A stretch of DNA of 64,000 nt. It comes from Balanoglossus misakiensis. Taxonomy: Eukaryota; Animalia; Hemichordata. The notes beneath the pieces are model-generated. The model saw nothing but the letters and a program-made list of their open reading frames with translations, searched no databases and was not told where the DNA came from. This document shows positions 38,801 through 51,465 of this stretch, piece by piece. Position 1 is the stretch's first letter, and every line of letters starts with the position of its first letter. The translations under genes were made by a program, and so were the position numbers. The stretch lies in contig CM082577.2 in NCBI GenBank assembly GCA_040954595.2, positions 17,501,500 to 17,565,499 of the forward strand. Direction: 5' to 3'.

Positions 38801-41800
38801 ATGATAGTTCAAGGTCTACGTCTATGTTTTTATTTAAAACTACAGTGTACAGATACAGTATGTACATTGTTTATATATAACATATAGTTTTGTTATTTGA
38901 CAGTCATCCTGGGTGAAAAGAGGTCGAATGTTCTGGTGGAGTGAACACCGACTACAGAAGTGGTATCCTTGCCATGTGGAGTTAGAACAAGGTGGTAGCA
39001 GGCTACTAGATGAATCAACATTTACAGTTTATTATAATCACCATGGAAGGCAAAAGGTAAACTGAAAATATCATTGTTTCAACTGTTCATGTTTTATTAG
39101 GATACAATTTATGAAATGTACTCTAGATACCAGAGTTTTTCACTTTAATTTTGCTTTTTTCTTGATGTCAGCTGCAATCACTAAACACTTCCATTTCAGT
39201 ATAGTAGTGTTATTTTGTATGGGCAGTTTACAAAAATAAACTCACATTGGGTTTAGACATAGATTTGTCATAAATGCTCATAAATATTTATGCATGGAAG
39301 TAAAAAATGAACACATTCCAAATATGAATGTTTACTACTCTATGTACCACATCACATATCATTGTAAACTAACAAAATCATAGAGAACATGCTTTATGAT
39401 ATGTTTTGACCTTTGACCCCTGGCAGAATGTTCAGATACCACTGAGTAGTGTGACAAGTGTACAGCATATCACCTGTCCTGATCATCACAAAATCAAACC
39501 AACATTTGCTGTGATTACGGCTGAAAGAACTGCCAAGAGGAAACCATTGAGAGTGGCTGCTAATTCTTATGAAGAAATGGAAGACTGGGTAAGTATCATT
39601 CTATACTTGTGGTAACACTGCTCTCTCCATGTTTCCAATTAGATAAATTTGAAAATAAAATTAAAAGACTCTCATGTTAAGTAATTTTCAATATTAATAG
39701 GATTGGTTACTGTAATCCCTATCCTCATCTTACATTTGTGTGTAGTCTAGAAGCCAGACTGACTCGTGTGGTTCTTCACTCTGCTCACTTTACACACTGT
39801 TTAGCCTTCTCGTCTAATTTTTGAAATTTTGCTATTTGACACTAACCATGGCAACTCAGGTCATTGATATTGAGCAACACTGGACCCCTGCTCATTAATT
39901 CAGTCAATCAGTAGTAGATCAGGTAATTATTGACTTCTACATGTAAGATGTCATGATCATGATCATATTGTAAGCATTGACCTACGCTGCCATGGTTGGA
40001 GTCCTTTAACACTTTCGCTGCGGGAGGGCATTTTCTGCGCCGGCAGTCAGAATGCGGGAGGCGCATAAATGCGCCAAGATCGCGCCCGTTACTTGGTCTG
40101 TTCTATTTTATGTTCGTTGCTTATTTACTCATTTTGTATGACTATATATAGGACAGGGGTCAACCCTAATTGAGCATGCGCATATGTATTGTAAACAATC
40201 AAGTCGATTTTGTCATCAAAGGGTTTCCTTATACAGCTGATTTTAGGTCGCCCCGATCATATTTTTTCATTCACTTGGTATTTAAAAATGGCGACATGGG
40301 CAAAGTTTGATGCCGACGAAGTTCTTGAACAAGTCTTTCAGGATAGTGACAGCGATCATAGCGATAGCGGAAGCCAAATTACGGACAACAACATCATAGA
40401 ACCAGAAATAGAAGCCAGACACGGAGACAACAGAGTAGAGACAGAGAGAGAGGGAGGGTTTTTGTCATGTTCTCGGACGTCGTAACGTTGATGGTGACAC
40501 GCGGTGGGTTTTGTATGACGTAAATGACAATTACACACCGGACTGGTTGTCTGTATACGATCGTCGCTAAGGTTTATTAGTTGACACTGATGACTTTGCA
40601 CCGGTTGACTTTTTTCAGCTGTTCTTTCCTGGTGATGTGTTTGAGTTGATGTCATTGTCAGAGCAAACTGATATGTACACCGCACAATTTTTTGACAACC
40701 CTGCAATTGATGAGTTGCCCTTCTGGTCAAGATTTCGCTAGATGCCTACTTCACTGAATTAAATGAAGGCGTAGGTTTCTTTGCAAATCTTGATGGGACT
40801 TTGCCAGAAGTCTATGTTGTCAGAGTATTATATCCATTTGAAATGAATTGCCAAAACAGTACTATGCTAATGATTTTTTTTTAAATGTGTGTATATTCAT
40901 ATTTACCAACCTTGATTTCTTCAACTTGCAATTCATTAAAACGTAGAGTATTTAATAAATTACTTAATTAATTTATTTTATTATTATTATTTATTTACAA
41001 GTTCAATCATTCACCTTTTCACTAATAATCTATATTTCTTTCTCAGATTTTAAACATGTATACATGTAAATGGTGGGCATGATTTGATAATTGTTTTTAT
41101 GGTCCATTAATAAATTTGATCAAATTTCTTGCTCAAAAGTCACTTGTTATTCCCTTTTATACAGGGGGAAGTTGTTTTTGACTATGTTTGTCTGTCAGCT
41201 GTGATACAATGAATTAAATACAGTATTTCAGTCACTTATATTACAATATCTGTTGTTTTTACCATATTTCGACAGAAATCCATTATGGTTGCCAGTGTCA
41301 CATGACCAATTAATGGTCATGTGACCATTTTTCAGTTTTATTATGTTGGTTGTCTTATAAAATATACTTGCTGGAAATATCGTTGCATATACTTTCATAT
41401 TACAAGAGATAGAGAGGGTAAAGTAAAACATTGTTTATTAGTTAAATTTACCATAGGAAACTACGCACAGGAATACATTAGCATATATTAACTACGCAGT
41501 GAAAGTGTTAACTTGCATATACACATGTAAGAAAATTTATAAAAAAAATAGATGAAAAGGCTGGACTGTGTGCAAAATCAGCATAGGAAAAAAACTCCAC
41601 ACAAGTCTGGATTTTATACGAAGTTGTGTACTGCTTGTACATATTGTTGTGGACATTTGGATTTTGGTTTGAATCAAAATACAATTGTTGACAGTACTTA
41701 AGTTACATGTACAGTCTACATGTACAAGGCATTTTAACAGGGAGGGCAGCATGAAACAGATGTTTGCAGTCAGAAGCAGAATATTGAAATTTTACTGTTA

Positions 41801-44800
41801 CAGTAATGATCTTGTACATTTTCAGATATCTGCTGTAGCCATGAGTTGTTGTGATATTCGAGGTCTTCGAGGAGCTCCCTCCAATCAAGCTGTTTGGTCC
41901 ACAACAATACATGGTGACATTGTCTCTCATGAACCACTTCCTGATGTTAATACAATGCCCTGTAATCAAATGTAAGACTTTTTTTTTTCTTTAGGTCCCA
42001 TTTGGTTATGTAATATACCATGGGACCTTATGGGATCGTTTGCGTCTGTATGATGTATGGATGTTTATTACACCTCACGTACTATGTTGTATTCGTGATT
42101 GGCTGAGACGCGCTCACGTGATATAGAGAAAAAAGTGATATAACATGGCTAGAGTTGATAAAGCCCTGTCGCGTGCGCTGATATTGCCCGCTGGGTTGTT
42201 TTGGTGTTCTGCGCGCGACTTCTGCGCGTTCCAAACTGTCGTTCAATGGCTTCCTCCACGATCAGTCAACTCCCGCATCTACGGCTTCAAAGCGACACAC
42301 AGGATTAACACCTGTTCAACTGGACGATATTTTACTGCAAACAGACAGTAAATACCAAAATCGCATCCAACAGTGCTGTTTCCTCAATATTATCTGAGTT
42401 CAAAGTAGGTTTATACAGCGAGACATTTTAGTTCACTGCAACGTACGACATGGACGCAACCCTGAAAACGTTCTTCTATGCTATATGTATGTTCAAATGT
42501 TCGGCGTAATAAAATTAATAACACAATGACATGATGCCCAGGTAACATCACGATTTGAAGCCTGCACGAGGGATGGTGATCTCTGACCACAATATTGATG
42601 ATACCCTCGCCTGCGGCTCGGGCATCATCAATATTATGGTCAGAGAGCACCATCCCTCGTGCAGGCGTCAAATCGTGATATTGCCCTCGCTATCATGTGT
42701 TATTATTTAAATAGATGTATGTCTGTATATAGCCATGTACTCCGGTGTAGACATTTTCTTTGTAATCCCTCAAACGGACCACCGTGTCATTTACGCAATT
42801 TTTACCATGTATAATATGACTGGGGATTGGGTTGTCACAGGACTTTTAATTGGATGCAAGAATGCACGCCACCCACAAGTATGAGTGCTAAGCGTGCAGA
42901 AGGTACAAGTGTTGTTATAGATACGATACGATACAATACAATCGATGATGAATTTATATAGTGTGGTATATATGAAAAAATGTTCACGGGCGCTTTAAAA
43001 AGTCATTCAGTCCAAAACTTAAATATTGATCAGCAAGCTTTAATAAATTGTGCTATTGTATACTTGTTATGTAAAATATCAGCAGATAAGTTCTAAACTG
43101 TGCGAAAAAGAAATACATACATGTAATTACCAAAAAAAAACACAAAGTACTTTTTTTTTAAATGTAAGTATGGTAAGTTTGGCCCCTAAAACAGATACAT
43201 ATAATCATAAATGTTATTTGTGCCAGATGGTAGCTCAGTCACAGGAAGAACATTAAAGATGGGTTCATTTCTGTCTGCATGCAGGTATTGGCATCAAGTT
43301 GGTGGTCACTTGAAGATGGTAGAATGTTGTCCAGCTGGTGTTGTGTGGGGTTTAGGATATGACCAGACTGTGTGGATCTATACAGGAGGCTATGGTGGTG
43401 GCCCATTCAAAGGTATGTTACATGTACATTGGCTGGTAGAAATCTAGTAAGTTGCATTGGGAAGGGGTTTTATTAAAAATAATAATAATAATAATAATAA
43501 AACTTTGTTGTCAACAACAAGTGTCGAAAATTCTCTTCGGGCTCATCAACAAAGTTTAAACTACAGAATTGAAATATAAAGTGATAAAATTGAATAGGAT
43601 AAAAGCAGTAAATATGAAGTTACACATACACACACAAAAGACTGCAAATGACTAACCACGACCATCCAAACCACATCCGCAGAAAGAAGAAAATGATGTC
43701 TTTTTCTGTCAGTCAATTATAGCTGGAAGGCACTTGGGATCATATTTCTCACATGAGTTGGGGATTTTCTGTCCCACATGATTGAGCGGCGAGTGTGGGA
43801 CAAAATATCCCTGACAAGTGTTAGAAATATGATCCCATCCCTGGTCCTAACTCATTGGTGTGTGAGATTCTATTTCTCACACGGCCACAAATTAGCCAAA
43901 TTCATATTAAAAACATTAAAATAATGACTCTGGAACTATCATCTGGCACATTGTAGATTCTGTCCGTGTAATACACATTGCGCCATTGGATAACATTTAG
44001 CACACATTAATTAAAGAAGGCTTTGTCATCCAATCAGCGCTCGCGTCATGTACAGCTTTCGATTCAGTGAGAGTGTGGGATCGATTTGTTCACACTCTGA
44101 TCCCACACTCCCAGAATGCCAGCAGTATGAGAAATATATTTCCAGCCTCAGAGGCATAGCTGAGATCCAAATAAGGTGAAATATTTGCAAAAGTTTGTGG
44201 TTTGTTTTGAGGGAGAAAAGCAAGGTTTAACTATTTAGAAGGGGGCAACATGTAACATTCAAAATGAATCGGTCAGATTAGGCCAAGTGGTCTTGAAGTG
44301 CATTTTGCATCGCATGAACTTCAAATGTTGTTCTTTTATTGTTACAATGATGTGATAATTTTTAAAGAACAAATTGCGAATCTTTGTTTCCGAAGGCATC
44401 ATGAGCAGCACAACTGGTATTCATAAACAGACCGACCATAAAGACCTGGTCATGTATCAAACACAACGCTGGAATCCAATACATGGTTGGACTGACAGGT
44501 ATATGCATTGTCTTCTCAGGGTTGTTTTTGTCACCAATTTTTGTGTCTGATATTGTGTCCAGTTGAGTGAAATATTGCACGTGTGTCCGCAAGTAACAGC
44601 ATAAGACAAGGACTACATGACAACAATGTTCCAGCAGTGCTCATGGTCATATTGATACATTGCCATGGTTAATCAGCCTCTTTTCTGTCATTATTATTTA
44701 CAGGGGATTTTTTGGTCACATGTTCTACCGTAGTGAGGAGGCGTCCTCTTTACAAGACAGCTCACAGCAAGTACAGCTTCCATCCCCACACTGGCAGTGG

Positions 44801-47800
44801 GTGAGTTGATCACTCAGTCATCAAAAAGTTTCTCTAATTATATTCACTCTATGTGCAAACTTTATGTCTTCAACTGTCAGACTCATTCACTATTTTATGC
44901 TCAACAGCCTAATGTGTTACTGATGCTGTAATAGCCAATTCTGCACAAAACGATCAAAATAAAAAGGTTGATGGTTGGCGGACATACATTTAATGTATGA
45001 TAGTAACCCCCAAAAATAGAAAGGCAATATTTCTGACAAGACAAGCAGAATAAAAATATCCAGGAGTTGAAAAGCACCATGTGTTTCAGGTGAATGAATG
45101 GTCAGTGGATTACACATTGGAAGGTGGTACTGACTCTGAAGGATGGCAGTATGCAAATGACTTCCCAGGGTGAGTTTTCTCCATTCGTCTGTCTCTCCTG
45201 ATACACACTTTTCATCAGTTGATTGGGAAATTCCGTTGATGTGAATGGCCAACTTTCTTCATTGTCCTCACTTTGAGTTCAAATTCTTTATGGCCGCATG
45301 AGGGCGCTAGACTTACAAAAAGGTGTATCACTTTGGCCGTGTGGTATCCAGAGCGCGGCGTTGTGGGATTATTGTATTTACATGGAAAGAAATTCTCTGC
45401 AAACTCTATTTTGCCCAACTTTATCATTCTCAGTCTTGTCTCAATATGTTTATAGTATTGGATTGTCATAAGTAATCGAAGCCTCCCCAAATTTTCAAAA
45501 AGGCCCCTGAAATTGAAGACCATGGCTGAAATGTCCCCAACTCTCTGATTCTAGATCAGAGAATAACACTGCTGTGATCACACATACACTGCCTATATAT
45601 ACATGCAACCTGATGTGAACATAAGTGAATGCCATACCCATTGCAAAATGGTCTCTGCTATATAATGTGATGGAAATGGCATAAAAAGGCCCATTTTCCC
45701 CTTTATTCAAAATATCGTAAGTTGATGAAACCCTTGAATGCAACTTTTTCAACTATTTTTGACCGTTTTTTTATTTAAAAATAAATCATAGCATTTAATA
45801 CATTGCAAAAGTGACTTTTTCTGGAAAAAAAACTGAACTCAAAGCTAGCACTTCCGTAAATATCAGCCAGACTGAACTTCCCCTTTAAAAGAACATGACC
45901 TTTAACTCCATTTCTCTGTATAGAGATCCAATTATATACGTACCACAGAAAACATATTTGTCAACCAGATTTGTCTGATAAGATGAAAGTGACAGAAAGT
46001 CAAGTGCATAGATCCATGTCAACATCTACTGATATCAAAACTTTCTTCTGACAGTGAAGAAGTGTCCATTCCCTGGTTTTCTTAACTCTTCTTTTTTATT
46101 TTGCTTTAATTAGATGGTATCACAAAGTCAAGAAATGGAAAGATTATGTGAGGAGAAGACGGTTTGTTAGGTATGTGTAGAGATCTGGGATTGTATATTA
46201 TGGGATGTAGAATGAGGGACTATCTCTCTCTGTTTTGGTTGCATTGCTGTATGTGTATCTGTTCAACTGAAGCCATTTACTCAGGCATGCTAGATCTGAT
46301 TTCATTATGTACATATCCATAGGTACCTCAGAGAAAGTGTAGGCTTTGAGTGAAAAGGACAGCTTTGACACCGTGCACGATAGCTTGGACAGGGAAATTA
46401 TAGCTGTTGGAATGAAATCCGTAAGCTTGGTCATCTAAACAATGTAAAATAAAAGCTTTGCACTTATTTTGATGTTGAGGGCGTAAACCAAGATGGCTGT
46501 CGGGAAGTATTTCACCCGTTTTCTCAAACAAAATCGCCAAATTGTGTTGCTTAATATGCTGCATTCAGTGAGGTTCACTTCAGGTTCAATTTCATTTTTT
46601 GTAAAATTTCTGCCCCCATTTTGCAAAACTTGCAGAGAAATCTCTGTTCCTGTTTTCAGTATCAAAGCTGTCATTTTCATTCAAAGGCTACACTTTCTTA
46701 GGTGCCCCTGATATTGCTGTTCATTTATTGGCAATACGGACAAATATGGCTGCTGAAAGTTTCAGTAAATAAAAACTACATGTAAATTGTGAATATCATA
46801 GAAAATTAAAACGATTCAGCTTTACTATAAAACCACCATATGGCATGTTAAGATTCTGATGATGTGTTTGATGAGAAATGAGTGGGATAAAAATTGATGT
46901 TGGTAAAATTTCACCATATAAGTGGTGTTGTAAATGATTATTCTTTCTGTGGACCAGTAATGTGACAGAAGTGTTTTTAACTTACAGGAAATGCAAGTCA
47001 ACTATTCTTGGCCCATGGCTTGAACTACCCCCTCTATCACTCATTGATGTTTCACTACAAGTTGATGCAAAGGAAATGGATGATGACCCTGTTGCATTAT
47101 GGGCCATAGCGTCAAATGGGGATGTGGTAACCAGAGAAGGTGTCACCAGAGAATGTCCTGGGGTGTGTGTTCTTTCTGTGCCACAACTTGTTTCCAGTCC
47201 CACAATGCAGTACATACTACCCATAGTGCAGACACCTCTCTGCACAAATTCACATTTTCATTGTGGGTGCATGCATTTGTGTACTACAAGATGTACTACA
47301 AACTGCATGATTCATTGATGTTCAATGATATGTTTTAGAACATCAATCTTCATTTCAGTGTGCAATTTCAGTAAAACTAAATCAAAGTGTTATAAAAGTC
47401 AAAGAGAAGGAAACATTGCAGATGCAGTTTTCAGTGTTTCATCTAGACAGGGATGGGGGATTCACCCCTTGTTGACATGTGGACACCCTCTAGCAGTTTG
47501 TCAAGGGGGGACCAGTGCCCCTTAAAATGATGTCACTCACATGTTGTAGTGGATTCCCCCCCCCCCCCCCAATTTTCTTGCAAAGGGGGCATACCCCCCA
47601 TGTTGATACCGTCCTGGCTGAAACACTGAGTTTTGAAGGATGATAACCAGAAATCAGTTAGCAGGTTTAGGACTTTGATAATTGACAGAAAAGTGCAATT
47701 CCTGAAACTGCCTGTTTTGTGGGTTGCATGCGTGACTGTCATTCTAGAAAGCTTTAGTCTAATTTCAATGCCAAATGTATCATGCTTTTGAAGACTTTAT

Positions 47801-50800
47801 GATGTTTACGTGAAGTGGAAAGATGTAAGTTAAAGAATTTGTTCTCCACTTTTTGATTTTTGTAGGGAACCAATTGGTTACATGTGCCCAGTGATCAGCC
47901 ATTTCAGTCGATATCAGTGGGAGGAAACTATCGAGTCTGGGGAATTGCAAAAGATGGATCAGCTTATCTCAGAAATAGTGTCAATCCCAAAAATGTATCA
48001 GGTTAGTTTGTAATTCATAATGCTATGTTTGCCTTGACCCTTTCATCGCTATGGTTTGGTCTAAATTCCATATCACCTCTTGGTGGGCCATATTTGTTGC
48101 AGTGTCATGTGTTGTAGTCAGACTTTTTTACATGTGTAAGAATCGTTTCTACCCAATTCAATTACACAATTGAAATGTTTTATTTATCACACATATCCGT
48201 GACCATCAAAACTCAATAACATTCGATGTTGACTACCGGTATATCATATTTCATCAAATCGTACCCTGTATGGTGTTAGGTTTGTTTACATTTGAGGTCA
48301 CCATTTTCATGAACATAGTTCCGGGTATCAGCGCAAGAACTGATGATGATTAGTGTGAAATATCAAACAGTGATATTTCACACGAAACAGAGTTATATTC
48401 TCTAGGAAGTGGTGATATCAGCATGAGCATATGATAATGTTGAATATTGAGTTAAGCAAACACTAATACAGTGAAACTTGTCTATTAAGGACACCTTTTT
48501 TGACTGTCTTGACATGGCTCTCCTACGTACTTAGACACACTTGGCAGTCTGAGCCCCCTGTAAAATGTACCTAATCGCACTGGTTTGCACTGTATTGGTC
48601 TGAGGGTCTTGTATAGGCCCTTCTGATTAACACACACTTGGCAGTCTAACAGGCCTGGGAGCCAGGATTCTAGGCACCCTGGAAATCAAACCAGTTTCAA
48701 CCGACTTGGCAGCATTAGGGTTAATAGAGAGGTGTCCTGATTATAGAGGTGTCCGTAATGACAGGTTTCACTAGAGGATGTATGTTACAAAACCCACATT
48801 GTTGATTTGTGTAACTAGTTCTGTTTCCCCTTTATGCCTGTGAGTCACTCCACCACGATCTCTGTTTCCCCAAGGCTTACAGCTGAGGGGGTGACTGACT
48901 GTCTCCTGGGGAGACAACTGCATGTTGTTACCCTTCTATCCTCTCACTATGTGTTTCTGTTATTGACATTGACATGCATACATGTATATGCCAACATGTC
49001 TTGTTGATTTCAGGAGATTGTTGGTTTCATGTTCCACCACCTCGTTTATCACTGCAGCAAATATCAGTTGGTATGAGTGCGGTCTATGCCGTGGACACAA
49101 ACAGTAAGTAGACATACAGTGTTGGCAGATTTGTAGAACAAAAACACTTTGTCATGATCAAGATGATTGTTACTGCACTGGATGTCTCCTCTTTGACACA
49201 GACCATATGCTTCTGTAAGACCAAGGCAAAATTGAAAAATTTGCTTGCACGGAATAATTATTTGTTGTTGTATAAAAATTTGTCCTCTTCAGATGGATGG
49301 TGGCAAACATTTGTAATATTTTTCCTCAGAAATCTATGATGTCACTTGTTAGACAGAGAAAATATGTACTTGCACGTGAGAGTCCATAGTTGATAAAACT
49401 GGCATCTACAATGAATATTGCCCACAGTTGAGTTTTTCACTGCATTAACTACTTCAGTAGTCACCCTCTTCTCTAAACAACACCTCTACCACATAAATTG
49501 ATAGAAAACATGTATAATACATGTAGATTTGGTACTGCAAAAAGATGTTACGGAAAACTGGCATTAAAAGCCCAACTTTAATTTAGGACTCTTTTCAACC
49601 ACCATAATTATATCAATCACCTGAGTCTTGTAGCATGTCATGTAGCATTTTATACAAGGCACATCAAATATGTAATCTTTTAACTGCAAGTGATCAAAGT
49701 GTGATCAGGGTCACAAAGTTGATGCATCTTGAAGTATCGATTCACGCAGTACTACGCAACCACTCAATCAGTGAACATCCATTTAATTGTGTTTGTTGAA
49801 ATGTTCTGTGAATCCTGTAATCTCATTTCTTCTTATTGTAGATGGCTTGTGGTACCGTAAAGACATTACACTGACATTTCCTGAAGGCACCACATGGATT
49901 CATGTATGTAACAATGTACATAAAGTGTCTGTTGGACCCAAAGATCAGGTATGCGTGGATTTTGAATCAGTGATTGAATAAATGAAAGCCATTGCTATCA
50001 GACATGACATCTGTGATGTGTAAACTGTGCTTCAATACTTGCATTATCATTTGTACACATTATCTCATACTTGTCAAATGTACCTCAGCTGTAAAGTTTT
50101 ACGAAAGACTTCCAGACGGTTCCATTGTTTGCTACATAACAGTCCAATATGAGTCATGCAGAAAAGTAAGGTCACAAGAAATTAACATGTCTGGCATCTA
50201 GCTTTCATGAAGTTATTGATTCAGAAATTAGACAGGTTCGACTACAGGATTTTCGTGAACGTGAATGCGTAGAACTCGCGTTCCCATTAGACGTTCAGGT
50301 GAAAAAGCATTTGCCTTCACGTCAACGTCTGTTTGTGTGGCACGTGCACTCTGCATTCGAAATTTGAGCGTGTACATCGTTACGGTGTTGTTGCACTGCA
50401 ACTATTTTATGAAAGTAGGCAACCAAAAATAACTAACAGTGACTAATACATTGCTTATGATTTTATTCATGAACTTTATTAATTAAATCCTAAATCAGCA
50501 AAAATGCATCTGCAGACTCTAAATCAGTACACTAAATTTTGTCAACAATTTTGATTGTAGGTTTGGATCCTGGCTGAAAAAGTCGGAGGTTCCCGATGGG
50601 TTGTCTGTAAGAGACAAGGGATCTCAGATTCCAAGCCGACTGGAGTATCATGGGACCTTGGCATTGGAGTAAGAATACCTTTTCAGTTTTTGGAATCTTT
50701 AACCCTTTCACCCCCAATTCCCTGAGGGATTGGACTGAAGCATGATGGTGAAAGGGTTAACACATTATTACATTGCAATAGTCATGGAATTGGAAAGAGC

Positions 50801-51328
50801 ACACAGGGGTATACTATTGTAGAGAGGTTGGGACAGGCAGAGAGCAATAAACAAGTACCTAAACAGTGCCCAGTAATATGGTGGCACTGGGCCCTATAGT
50901 TTCAATGGACAACCTGATAGATGCAACAGTCAGAGTACAGGTTGAACCCTCTTGTTTGGGTGATGCTTTTGCAGTGACTCATGAGTTGCTTTCATTGCCC
51001 TATTTGACTTGTTCTTGAAAAATCCAAGTGAAGTTTTCATGATTAAATGAGTGTTTCATTTTCAAGTATATGCATGCATGGAGTGTTTTTTCACCCTAAG
51101 AAAAGTATGACTTGTATTGACTGTGGCGTTTCTGAATTGATTTGACAGGGTGGTTGGACTCACATCAGTACACGAGGGTGCACCATTATGAATGAGGGAA
51201 GTGTAGAGATTCCAGAAGACTTGTCACACTCACCACAGAAGCCTTCAACAGAGCTGGCAAGTAGTTCAGAAAGTGCTACAATTGATGACACATCATCTCT
51301 TGTCTCACAACACCTCAGTCACACCTGA
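27851..51328 (+). CDS. TECPR1: Tectonin beta-propeller repeat-containing protein 1 (DysF, TECPR, ATG5-interacting region, PH), 23 coding exons, ~1349 aa
   Basis: Exons 27851-28075, 29067-29252, 29479-29601, 30638-30760, 32372-32552, 32914-33011, 35670-35792, 36393-37527, 38060-38193, 38904-39056, 39427-39588, 41826-41971, 43285-43412, 44396-44498, 44704-44800, 45090-45169, 46114-46170, 46988-47162, 47866-48001, 49014-49103, 49842-49948, 50561-50668, 51149-51328 (4050 nt, phases consistent). Motifs ENQRWNP, GWQYA, KKWNSCVRRRKW, SVGPNDQVW, WRDKIVIQLEKR, YTGGYGGG, FPEGTTW. Confidence 0.95.
29588..29713 (+). repeat. 32-bp tandem repeat x4 spanning the donor of TECPR1 coding exon 3
   Basis: Unit ATTCATGGGCCAGG|GTAAGCAACATATGATCA occurs four times; the last copy differs only at its end. 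Confidence 0.95.
33162..33740 (-). mobile_element. Hairpin-ended element with subterminal inverted repeat (Crypton-like non-autonomous?)
   Basis: ~140-bp hairpin at 33169-33309; ATTATATTATATC adjacent to it is inverted as GATATAATATAAT at ~33728-33740. Confidence 0.55.
34219..35598 (-). mobile_element. Helentron-associated (HINE/DINE-1/pearl-like) non-autonomous element; other copies at ~6924-7503 and ~41988-42803 (interrupted)
   Basis: T-run, AGGTCCCATTTG sub-TIR with internal inverted ATGGGACCT, (TGTA/TGGA)n microsatellite, degenerate central repeats, distal sub-TIR CAAATGGGACC plus a short palindrome. Ends are shared among the three copies. Confidence 0.65.
35996..36327. mobile_element. 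Kolobok-like MITE; fragment of the same family at ~11415-11520
   Basis: TTAA-AGGGACATTAGCTGTAAC ... GTTACAGCTAATGGAGCT-TTAA. Shared interior GACAAATGAATTCTAG...GGATACACAAAACAAAA. Confidence 0.65.
40010..41507 (+). mobile_element. piggyBac (PGBD4-like) internally deleted element in a TECPR1 intron
   Basis: TTAA on both sides (40006-40009, 41508-41511). TIRs CACTTTCGCTGCG / CGCAGTGAAAGTG match 12/13. Remnants include an acidic N-terminus MATWAKFDADEVLEQVFQDSDSD, PVDFFQLFFPGDVFELM and EMKA*VSLQILMGL...EYY. Confidence 0.85.
42064..42712 (+). mobile_element. Hairpin-ended element with subterminal inverted repeat, inserted in the microsatellite of a HINE-like copy
   Basis: TTTATTACACC (42064) / GGCGTAATAAA (42503); ~190-bp hairpin at 42517-42704; GATTGGCTGA near the 5' end. 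Confidence 0.6.
43735..44136 (-). mobile_element. Hairpin-ended element with subterminal inverted repeat
   Basis: Hairpin at 43735-43837; TATTTCTCACAC (43871) / GTATGAGAAATA (44125); CCAATCAG near 44030. Confidence 0.55.
46322..46708. mobile_element. MITE with ~50-bp imperfect TIRs
   Basis: AGAAAGTGTAGGCTTTGAGTGAAAAGGACAGCTTTGA is mirrored by TCAAAGCTGTCATTTTCATTCAAAGGCTACACTTTCT. Confidence 0.65.
48469..48772. mobile_element. Tc1/mariner-like MITE (TA-CAGTGAAAC...GTTTCACT) interrupted by a partial piggyBac-type MITE at 48497-48724
   Basis: Outer inverted termini with GGACACC/GGTGTCC subterminal repeats. The inner segment is the reverse complement of ~1241-1468. Confidence 0.65.
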
Positions 51329-51357
51329 ATCTACCAACACCCAGTCTACGAACAACC

Positions 51358-51465
51358 AGCTGATAGAAAATAATGTGAATAACACCATGGCTGAAATTTC
51401 ATTGGAGTGAAAGCTGATAGAAAATAATGTGAATAACACCATGGCTGAAATTTCATTGGAGTGAA
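51358..51465 (+). repeat. Exact 54-bp tandem duplication in the TECPR1 3' UTR
   Basis: AGCTGATAGAAAATAATGTGAATAACACCATGGCTGAAATTTCATTGGAGTGAA occurs twice in tandem. Confidence 0.9.

Noticed and set aside
38962-38970. GTATCCTT U12-like donor inside a TECPR1 exon
   Set aside because: It lies within the PH-domain reading frame, which continues to a canonical donor at 39056.
46077-46087. U12-like branch point TTTTCTTAAC before the exon at 46114
   Set aside because: The matching donor is GTGAGT (U2 type), so there is no support for a minor intron.
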